Assembly (NCBI RefSeq): GCF_006345805.1
Contig: NC_042998.1
Span: forward strand, 109,368,001-109,432,000
Length of the DNA stretch: 64,000 nt
DNA from: Octopus sinensis
Lineage: Eukaryota
Reading direction: 5' to 3'
The notes beneath the pieces are model-generated. The model was not told the DNA's origin. It made no database searches and was given only the letters and a program-made list of their open reading frames with translations. Shown one piece after another: positions 53,626 through 64,000 of this stretch (within the stretch, counting starts at the first letter, position 1; every line of letters begins with the position of its first letter). The position numbers and the translations under genes were made by a program.

Positions 53626-54043
53626 TGAACAAACAATCCCACTAGGAATGAGGGAGCCCTGGTCTTTGTCAAGGCATTCCTCTAGGAGAAGGCTGACTTA
53701 TAGATAAAACCTGCTGCTTTATTGAGCTGGAAATCTTGCACCTAGTTTGTCCTTGGGTTTTTTGGTATTGGTAGTGAGAGTCATTGAAATGTTGCCCAAG
53801 CTGCACCCAATTTAAAACCCTTGCAAGGACATTGCTGACACATATCTGCCAGCAATGGTCATGCTCATCTAACAAGTAGACAGCCATCATGTATGTATGT
53901 ATGTATGTATGTATGTATGTATGTATGTATGTATGTATGTATGTATGTATGTATGTATGCATGTATGTATGTATGCATGCATGAATGTATGTATGTATGT
54001 ATGTATGTATGTATGTATGTATGTATGTATGTATGTATGTATG

Positions 54044-54885
54044 CATGTCATAATACCGTGATGACATTTTCGAACAACTGCTTATGCTGTGGGTGATATC
54101 TTCAGTGTTAACTCCACAAAGTCTGCATCAGGTGTCACATTTTACTGTTTTGTCCTGCATCTCTATCCCTTTTGTACATCAGGTACTTGGTTGATATTTC
54201 CTGTTCCTGGATTGCAAACACATGCCCTTCAAAGTGGGAGGTAGTAATCCGGCTATTCGTCCATGATAGATTGCTTTGATGATTAATGTTACTAATATCT
54301 TAGAGCTTTCTACTAACATATTTTATGCATAGTCTGCTGATATAAGCTCGTCCTTTCATCTGATGATATGTCGCAGTAGAGTCATGCAACTTCTTTGGGC
54401 ATGTATTCTAGGTTATCAGACAAAAAATATTGTTCAAGGAACTGCCTTCAAAGCTTTGTGATGTTATCAGCCTCATGTATGCAAACTTGGTCAAGAGATG
54501 CACTTCATAACTTGGTGGTTAAAAGATGTTGCCGAAGGGATATGATACGATATTCAAAGGGATTTGGGATCGATGTTAAGACTCTGCCACCTTGTTTTTG
54601 TTTTAGGTAGAGCTGGTCTACGTTATTGTTTATGTGAAAATTATGTATGCTTGTTAATATTTTTCGGGTTTTCACATCAATGGCTGGGATTTCATCAAGC
54701 ATCCAATCAAGCAGCCCAAATGTTGGTATGCAAACAATTTGTGAGTCACTGTTTTATTGAATACAGAGTTTTGATATCCAAATTTTCTTTATTCAGCTGT
54801 AATATTCTTTAGTGACATGTGTTTTGTTACAGGTTGCAAGATTTGTTTTCATCCACCCCTAGATACCTGTAACATTCCTTGTCAG

Positions 54886-54887
<2 letters not shown>
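54044..54887 (-). mobile_element. R4/Dong-like (RLE-type) LINE internal fragment
   Basis: Minus strand reads ISDKECYRYLGVDENK, KIWISKL, FGLLDWMLDEIPAIDVKTRKILT, LYLKQKQGGR, SHFEGHVFAIQEQEISTKYL and CRLCGVNTEDITHSISSCSKMSSRYY (CCHC knuckle). Confidence 0.7.
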
Positions 54888-54916
<29 letters not shown>

Positions 54917-55634
54917 TGTATGTATGTATGTATGTATGTATGTATGTATGTATGTATGTATGTATGTATTTATGTATGTATGTATGTATGTGTGTGTGTG
55001 TGTATGTAAGTATGTATGTATGTATGTATGTATGTATGTATGTATGTATGTATGTATGTGTGTGTGTGGTGGGGTGCATGCATGTATGTATGTATTCATG
55101 TGTGTCAGTCAGTCACAATTCAGCAGCAACATAATTCATGATCTTCTTTGTCTCTGGATTAACATGTGCAACAATACTTCTCATGCAAGAATAGATAAAT
55201 TAGCAGATTACTGTGCAGTTATTAATATGGTATGAAACGATGATTAAATTTATTATCATAACTTCTTTACATTCTCTGCAATTTCATTTTTTATTATTAG
55301 AAATGTAACTACATTACTATGAAGTGAGACTTAAAGAAAGCCAACAATCTTTCTATAGTATCTTTTTGTCATTCTCTTTGATGTTTTTCTTCTACAACCA
55401 AGCAATATAATCAGTATATTCCCTTCTTTCAAGGTGTCTTATTCACTTCTATCTGAGATGTGTGTTAGATATATGAGTGGAGCTTTTAGCAGAGCATACA
55501 TTCATTCTTAACCTTTATCTCATATTTGCCTGGATCTTCCTATTGATTTTGTTACTTTTGGTATAAGGAAAGAGATCTACTTTAATCATCTACCTCCTCC
55601 TTTCCTCCTTTTTCTACCTCATTTTTCATCATCA

Positions 55635-55856
55635 TCATGGATGAGCTGGCAAAATTGTTACCACACTGGACAGAATGCTTAGCAGCATTTCTTTCAGCTT
55701 TACTATCTGAGTTTGAATACTGCTGGTGTCAATTTTGCCTTTCATCATTTTAGGGTCAATAAAACAAGTACCAACTGAGCAATGGGGCCAATGTAAGCAA
55801 GTAATCCACCACCTAAATTTTAGGTCTTGAAAAGATTGTTGTTGTTATTATTATTA

Positions 55857-55937
<81 letters not shown>

Positions 55938-56208
55938 GATTAGCAGAATCATTAAAGCATTGAACAAAATGCTTTATAGCATTTCTTCCAATTCTTTATG
56001 TACTAAGTTCAGATCCTGCTGAGATCAACTTTGCCTTTCATCCTTCAGGATACCAGCGAAGTACTTTCATCCTCCAGAAGGTACCAGTGAAGTACTATGG
56101 TTGATAGTATTGACTAACCCCTCCCCTTCAAAATTGCTGGCCTAGTATTAAAATTTGAAACTATTATAATTATCATCATCATCATTATTATTATTATGAT
56201 TATTATTA

Positions 56209-56305
<97 letters not shown>
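55635..56305 (+). mobile_element. Two tandem SINE family B copies, each followed by a long (ATT)n array
   Basis: gagctggcaaaattgtta..ttttgcctttcatc then (TAT)n at about 55845-55935; the second copy is followed by (ATT)n at about 56165-56305. Confidence 0.75.
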
Positions 56306-56306
<1 letters not shown>

Positions 56307-58079
56307 TGCTCACATTGGATATGTTTTACTTGAATTTTGCCATGTCTCATTGAATGAAAAAGTTTCTTTCTGGAATATTTAGAAAAAAGATATTCTGTAA
56401 CTTTGGTATGCCTGCACCATTTCCTCAAGGAAAACAAAAGGCCTGTCTTTTAAGCATTTAATTATAAAAGTATTTTAATTATTTACAAATTTCAAAGATT
56501 AATTTTTTCTGCTGAGGTAGAGAGGTGAAAGGTCAAAAAACAGAAAATAGCAGTAAGCTTAACATCCAATGTTTTTTAAATATAAAAATATTTGTTGAAA
56601 ATTCTGAAAATAAAGACACAAACTACATGAAAAGGACAAACAAAGAAAAATTATAGCTTTTACACAAACATGTGTGATTACAATAATACATGCAGACATT
56701 GGTGCTTCAAAAAATATGGAAAAGAAATCACAGATGAATCAATTTTTCTAAACATAGACCTTGGTAACTGACAAAATTTTCATAACTAAGCAGACATCAA
56801 CAGCTTTGTTATAGTCTTAAGTTAAAAAGATGTTTTAAATACAACACATTTCTCTGAGAAAATGAAGAATGTGGAAAGTTACTTCATGAAAACTGTGATC
56901 CCTCACCTGATGATTTTATCAAAGAAAGGATAAGCAGAAGAGTAACATAGTACAAACCCTCAAAAAGTGGAGGAGCTCTTTGTATGCCCTCCAAAGAGCA
57001 CTTAAAGGATGACTTGGCCAATGTATTGGATGGTGTGATTTCCATCATCCGAGGTAAGGGAGGAAAAGGTGTGTACAGGGTTTTCAAAACTGAGTATGAG
57101 GCAAGATGGCAGTGTTACTGCACCATACACCTTTCCCATACTCATTCCATAACACATGAAGAAGTATAATATAAGGTCCCGGTTAAGGATATTGGCTCAG
57201 ATATTAACTCTTGACTCATTATAACTTTTGTTGCACAGAATATACTCCTGGCTAGTATATGTTTACAAAGCAGGGAGATGTTCTTTTAAAATTTCCCTAT
57301 CTAAAGATTGTTTAGAAACTTTCCTTCTTATACCAGCTGTCAAGTTTTTAACTATAAAGCTGGGGATTATAGGAATATTCATGGACAAATACAGTCTGTT
57401 TAATTGTTTTTCAGTAAACTTATTGCTTATCTGTCATAATATTGAATGTAATATCCTAAAGGTTAGCCAATGGTATATGGATAATGATAATAATTAAACC
57501 TAAGCTAAACTCCTTAAATATGCCAACCAAGTTTTTCCAGAATTTGTCTATATTGTGGATTCTCATATTGTGTGCGATTGCTAACCTTCATCTCTGTTCA
57601 CACCTGAGCTACTAGAAAAATGTTTACTTTCTAAAAGTACCAATAGCAAGTAAATCAGAAAGATCACTAATCTTAGTGTTATCAAAACTTCCTATGAAGG
57701 CATCAAATATCAGGTCACCCTCCCCCAATTTACCCAGTAAGGGTTACTATGATATTCCCTCACATTCATCACTATTTTAAGGTGCAAATTGCTAATTATG
57801 GTGAATTGTTTCCTAAAATTCAGGGATTTCAGGAGGAAGGATTTTGATATAAAGAGATAAAAATACAAAAATATTAAATTGGATAAATCTGTAACCTACT
57901 TATATTCAATGCCATGGAACTACATTTTAACAGTTATAATACTGTTTCATTGATCTTATCTCTTACTACTAATTTTGAGGTTAACATCATCAAAGAAGCA
58001 CTTAGTAACTATACTCATCTGGCTTTTGGAGGGGTTAATTAACCTATATATGGGTTGGAGAGAACGTTAGTCAGTACTC

Positions 58080-58257
58080 CTTAAGAGTGATGCAAGGATG
58101 TCACATACTTCATGCACAAACAATGCATTGTATAAACATATACAACATACATATATATATACTGGGTATGTGACATCCTTACATCACTCTTAAGAAGTGT
58201 ATATGTATATATATATATGTATGCTGTATATGTTTATACAATGCATTGTGTGTGCAT
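58080..58257. repeat. Two interleaved inverted repeats (A-B-A'-B')
   Basis: A 58080-58108 pairs with A' 58166-58194 (28/29). B 58112-58162 pairs with B' 58205-58257 (two mismatches plus a TA-length difference). Confidence 0.85.
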
Positions 58258-58373
58258 TATGTATTATATATATATATATATATGTATATTTATATATGCA
58301 CACTCTAAACTTTTACAAAATGGTTTAAATGTAAAACTTAAAATGAAAATCCTTTTATTTTTATTTGTTTTAG

Positions 58374-58520
58374 TTTAAACAAGTAGAGGAATATATGGTG
58401 TGTCGCAAACTGCCTCGAACACTCCGTCAGCGTATTTCCGATTATTATGAACATCGGTTCCAAGGGAAAATGTTTGATGAAGATACCATCCTTGGTGAAT
58501 TAAACGAATGCTTACGGCAG
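58374..58520 (+). CDS. HCN: HCN channel internal exon: C-linker ([49 protein letters not shown])
   Basis: Acceptor ttatttgttttag, donor CAG|gtaagt, 147 nt, phase 0/0. HCN C-linker motif KQVE.YM...KLP.....I.DYYEHR.QGKMFDE..ILGELN. Confidence 0.96.
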
Positions 58521-58620
58521 GTAAGTACTTTTTCAGAGTCAATATTATCGTAGATTTAGCGATTTTTTAAAAATTTCAATACTAACTGGTAAAGAACTGT
58601 TTTATCTCCAACCACACCTA

Positions 58621-58847
58621 TGAGAGAAAGCTGAAAAGTTCCTGGCTTTGGTTAAAAGAAAATACAGGAGGATCAGTTAATTATGATTTTATTGAACATA
58701 TTCCCCGCTTAGATTCACACACTTATTGCAGTGGTTCTTCAGTTTTTGTAAGCCCTATAAAAGAACTTGGAAGTTTGGGCCTCCAACCAAGTCTTTTGTA
58801 ACATGTGTAAAGCCAGTAACTTTTCAGCACCCCTTCCTAAGCTGCAA
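58621..58847 (-). mobile_element. Second copy of the same mariner-derived MITE, about 100 bp downstream of the C-linker exon
   Basis: Colinear with 34798-35020 (ctgaaaagttcctgg..gatcagttaattatgatttt..agattcacacacttattg..aacttttcagcacccc). Confidence 0.85.
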
Positions 58848-61404
58848 TGTACATATTACTGCAACTATTGCATTAGCCCCTTCATCTCCAACACCACAAC
58901 TCCAAATATCCCAAATCCACTGATATCTATATATTATAAGTATGATTGGTTGCTGTTTAGGTGACCACTTTGTGAACATCAATCAGAAGTTCACAGTAAT
59001 GTTGTTGGTATCCTAAAATTCATGGTTCATTACTTTAATGCTGGTCACTCTCTCACCTAGACATCATTGCTGTTTGCTAAAACCATGGCTCAAAGATTAT
59101 CTGCCAACTTAATGAAAAATTTGACCTATTTTCCAACTAGGAGCCTCAACTTTTAGAAATTTGAATACTCACACTTTATTCCTCAAATTATGCCAAACAT
59201 TTTACTAATTTGCTTCACTTCCTTGCTTTTTAACATCTTTGGAGCAGTGTGTGTATGTGTTTATCACTGGTCAACTCACACAACATGACCGGTCTTTCCT
59301 CACACTACCTATTACCTAACTACCTACCTCTCTAATTCTATTACATTCCATCAGTCTCACATACTGAATCTCCCATTCCTTCTCCCTTACAAGCTTCACA
59401 TCATTTCTTACCTCAAGATTTCACAACGATTGCCTCTTCATTGATTTTTATTCCTCTACTTTTTAACCTATTCACTTATTTTTACCTTTACTTTTCACTT
59501 CAATCAATCTTATTGACCCTTGCAAAAATTCCATTCTGTTTTATAACTTATTGATGAACGTATATCTGCACAAATTTCTATAAATCATATATCTTAGGAT
59601 GAGTATCTCATTAGAAAATGTTTAGCAAATATGAAGGCACTTATCCACTAGCGACACTGCCAATCTGTTTCAGATAACATTGCTTCATTATTCCCTGCTT
59701 CTGATGTGAGACACATGAGATGACGCCTCATGCCTAGAGACCCAATGAAATTCTTGTTGAAGCAATTAATACATGTCTTGTGAACCAATATAGAATCCTA
59801 AATGTGACCGCTTGACCTGATAGAAATAACTGTTAAATATGCTCAAATGATTCATTATATACAACCTATTTCATAGTCACTCGGCTTACTAGAATTAGCT
59901 GCCAGCCTTCCCTAAATCGTAGACCAATGAGGAAGCCTTTACATAGTTGCTCAACCTGCTAGCAACCATATCTCACTTAAAATGGATTCTTCATACATAT
60001 ATACCTAAATCAAGTTGCACATTCTTCCCCAAGAAAGAACTCCACTTTCCTAACCAATAGTCTATTTCATTTTCTGGAAAAGATGTAATAAATCTGACTT
60101 GTGTATACACCAGATTGATAGGTAATCAGGTGTTTGCCTGGCTGGTTGTTTTTATGAAGTTAGTATTGCATATCATCATATGAATTGCAAAGTAGTAGTA
60201 TAACAGCCTCATTTTACCCTCATTTCCAGAACTAGAGCTGCGGCCTCCATATAGACCATGAAATCTATTGGAGCACTGCTCAACTTTGATTATAAGGCCA
60301 TTGCCATTCATCATTGAGGTAACTTGCAAAAATGCTTCATAGAATCAGCCCTTCTGTTCATTTGCAAATTCATATTGAGGAACACATGCAAAGACAAATG
60401 TCTGTTGTATTTTACAGGACCAGTTTATACTTAATTATCCAGTCCTACACTCCAACAACTTCAGTCACTTGCCTTGTCCGTTTCTCAATCAAATGTGTGC
60501 TTACAGCCCCACCACACTATCACTATAGCCTACCCAGTAGAATTTGGGCCTTTGTTCTTTACCCATAAGAAGATTGGCTGAGGCACTCCTCCATCTTACT
60601 TCTTGCATGCAGCATATGTCCACACTTCTGATGTAGTATTTCATTTGAAACTGAATTTTTATCTCTAGCTTTATTTTCATATTGCCACATGATTCTTATC
60701 TGTATGAGATCTTGTTTGTAGATCACTGTGGTATGAGTCTTGAATCATGAGATAAAATTCAGTTTCACTAAACTGTGTGTGTGTGTGTTGCAATGCAGTT
60801 AAAAATTGTAATGAATATTGGGAAAGCATCTTCTACAATAACTTCAGGCTGATCAAAGCCTCCTAAATTGGGCAATGTAAACTGAAAGAAGCCAGTCATA
60901 TATGTATGTACACCTACATAGAATGTGAGTGTGCATATGTTTGTACCTCCTTGTTTTTTTGACATTGTTTTCATTGCCATAAATTGACAGTACTGCAATA
61001 GAAGCAGTGAAGTTCATTTCCAATCTTTTGTGAAAAAATGTCTGGACATAGGATAATATTATAAGCTTTAAAACAGGTGAGCGTTGGAGATAGACAGGGA
61101 ATCCAGATGCATAGGAAATCTACCTCTGCAAATTTTGTCTTCAGCATTAAAACAATGTTGATGCTGATGATGATGATAATAATGTTCTTACTTGTGTTGT
61201 TTAACTCTGTCTGGACTCCTTTATTTGAGAACAATTTCTTTGTCTACAACTTGCCCTTCATACATACATACATACATACATAAATACTTATATATATATA
61301 TATATATATGTGTATGTATATACGCATTTATATAGTACCTTGTCATATCTTAATACTAAAACCTGTTTTCTTCTTTGCATTTAATTTTTTTCACCATAAT
61401 ACAG

Positions 61405-61648
61405 GAAGTTATAAACCACAACTGCAGATCTTTGGTTGCTTCAGTACCATTCTTTACAAACGCAGATCCACAGTTTGTTTCTGAGGTAGTCAGTAAGCTC
61501 AAATATGAAGTGTTTCAGCCTGGTGACTATATAATACGAGAAGGAACAATTGGGACGAAGATGTATTTTATACAAGAGGGAATAGTTGATATTATAACAA
61601 AGGAAGGTGAAGTTGCTACGAGCCTCTCGGACGGATCTTATTTTGGCG
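61405..61648 (+). CDS. HCN: HCN channel internal exon: end of C-linker and N-terminal part of the cyclic-nucleotide-binding domain ([81 protein letters not shown])
   Basis: Acceptor ataatacag, donor G|gtgaga, 244 nt, phase 0/1. HCN CNBD motifs [22 protein letters not shown] and LSDGSYFG. Confidence 0.96.
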
Positions 61649-63042
61649 GTGAGAACTATATTTGTTTATTATGCCCATACATGTACACACAAAAATGTAT
61701 GCATGTGTGTAAGTATATGTTTCACAAAGCAATTTTATTCACACAGGTGAGGTTTTGATTCATAATAATAAAACCAACATTTGTTGTTCTACAGAATTAC
61801 TCTACCATATAGCTAGGTTCCATTACCAACAAACAGCTAAAGGCTGGTGACGAACATCTTTCTACATTTAATCCTTGATTCAGAACAAGTTTTTTTGTTT
61901 TATTTCTGTTATTATGACTGTATTTTGGTATCAACAATATAACATGTCATTTACCTCTGCCACTGTTTTTCATTTAATTGAATTTTCTATCTTGTTTACT
62001 TCTTTTGGGACAGGTATATTCATGTATTTATTCAATGAAAAGCATGGGGTAAAGGTTCAAATCTAGTTAATACTTAATACTCCATGTGGTATTTATGAAG
62101 ATTCTTTCTCCGATTACCTGTATGTAAGCATAAAGTAAAAGTTCAATCTATTCCAATTTAAGAATTCTATATTGTTGTTTCTTTTTCTTGTGCATACATT
62201 TCAATATTAAAATTTTTCATCAGCACAGTTTATGGACAATTATCTTTAGATTACTAATGAATTGAAGTCAAAATTAAGTTTTTCAGAGTTATGTATAAAC
62301 TATAGTAATATACAAAAATATATATAAATAGAAGAGTAAACAGGGTGGACATAGTCAGCAGAAAAAACATGTAATACCTATATGCTTTTCACTAGGGAAA
62401 TTCATTTAAAATGGTGATATTTTTCTTTTTGAGTATAAAACTAACATCTGCTGATGAGTAGAATTGATCTATAATGCAATCAGTTTCCATCTTCCAATGG
62501 ATTATCCTCCTATATAGCCAAGGCTCCATCTCCAGCTGACATCCTGTTTTGATCACTTTTCTTATACATCTAGCAAGACAATTGTGACTTTAATTCACTT
62601 GTAACATAAAGATAATGGCCCATAAGCTGTACTGAAGGAATATAAAAACATCAAAGCAGATTATGAATAGAAGGAGTAACAATATAGAATACTTATTGTA
62701 ACTATATTTCAACTAAAAAATCTATGCTTCCCATTGACGACTAATAAAAAACAAAATCTTTTACATAAACACAACACTGAATGTTAAACATTAATTGGAT
62801 TCATTTACATTTCTTTCATAAGATTCTTGATGTGAAGCTATATTGTTTCAAAACAAATGTTGCAGGAGTTTCAAAGGGTCATTCTGCCAATAAAAGTAAG
62901 CAAGGGTGCTGTACACTCATTGGAAAGGTTATATAAGTGTGACAAATAACTTTGATTGATTGATTATGAAAGAAATTAACTCCTGTCAGCACATATGATT
63001 TGATTTATAGAATGATCCTCACAAAATATTGCAATGTGTGTG

Positions 63043-63089
<47 letters not shown>

Positions 63090-63112
63090 ATGCATACATA
63101 CATATATGTATA

Positions 63113-63538
63113 TTCTTTTACTTGTTTCAGTCATTTGACTGTGGCCGTGCTGGAGCACCACCTTTAGTCAGACAAATTGACCCCGGGACTTATTCTTTGT
63201 TAGCCTAGTACTTATTCTATAGGTCTCTTTTGCTGAACCGGTAAATTATGGAAGCGTAAACACACCAGCATCGGTTGTCAAGCGATGCTGCAGGTGGGGG
63301 GGGGAACCAACTACACACACACAAATACACACACACACACATACACACACACATACATACATATATTATTTATACATACAGGCTTCTTTCAGTTTCTGCC
63401 TACCAAATCCACTCACAAGGCTTTGGTCGGTCCGAGGCTATAGTAGAAGACACTTGCCCAAGGTGCCATGTAGTGGGACTGAACCCAGAACCATGTGACT
63501 GGTAAGCAAGCTACTTACCACACAGCCACTCCTGTGCC
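63113..63538 (-). mobile_element. SINE family A copy
   Basis: Reverse complement of the full family A head and tail. Confidence 0.9.
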
Positions 63539-63562
63539 TATATATATATATATATATATATA

Positions 63563-63872
63563 CGATCATAGCTGCACCATCCGATTGTGGCCATTGCCAG
63601 CCTGGCCTGGCCTCCGTGCCGGTGGCATGTAAAAAGCACCATCCGACCATGGCTGTTTGCCAGCCTCATCTGGCACCTGTGCCGGTGGCACGTAAAAAGC
63701 ACCCACTACACTCATGGAGTGGTTGGTGTTAGGAAGGGCATCCAGCCGTAGAAACATTGTCAGATCAGACTGGGCCTGATGCAGCCTTTTGGCTTCCCAG
63801 ACCCCAGTTGCACCGTCCAACCCATGCCATCATGGAAAGCAGACGCTAAATGATGATGATGATGATGATGAT
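63563..63872 (+). mobile_element. RTE 3' UTR-only copy within a TA array
   Basis: Same UTR modules and (GAT)n tail, with (TA)n on both sides. Confidence 0.85.
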
Positions 63873-64000
63873 ATATATATATATATATACACATACGTAC
63901 ACACACACACACACATTACTATACCTATATATATATAAGTTTACATGTAGAGAGAAGGAACAACTATTCTTTCAAATATTTTAGTTTCCAAACATTGAAG

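Overview
AT-rich, intron-dominated animal genomic DNA. The repeat landscape looks like a coleoid cephalopod, probably Octopus; this is inferred from recognised repeat families, not from a database search. The only supportable protein-coding gene is a + strand HCN (Ih) channel with four internal exons: S5 (38379-38528), pore/S6 with CIGYG (52150-52368), C-linker (58374-58520) and the first part of the CNBD (61405-61648). They join in frame with GT-AG boundaries. The S1-S4 exons and the rest of the CNBD were not found and presumably lie outside the window. The rest is intronic-type DNA with microsatellites, RTE-clade LINE fragments, at least three tRNA-derived SINE families, several mariner families and an R4/Dong-like LINE fragment. 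Main leads: (1) short fold-back elements in (TA)n arrays carrying minimal type I hammerhead-ribozyme motifs of the Penelope-associated kind. One is intact, sense to HCN and flanked by its own antisense arm; two others are single-substitution variants. (2) Candidate microexons upstream of the S5 exon that would lengthen the S4-S5 linker. (3) A CpG-retaining island with clustered minus-strand splice donors. Almost all ORFs in the supplied track are microsatellite or decayed-transposon artefacts.
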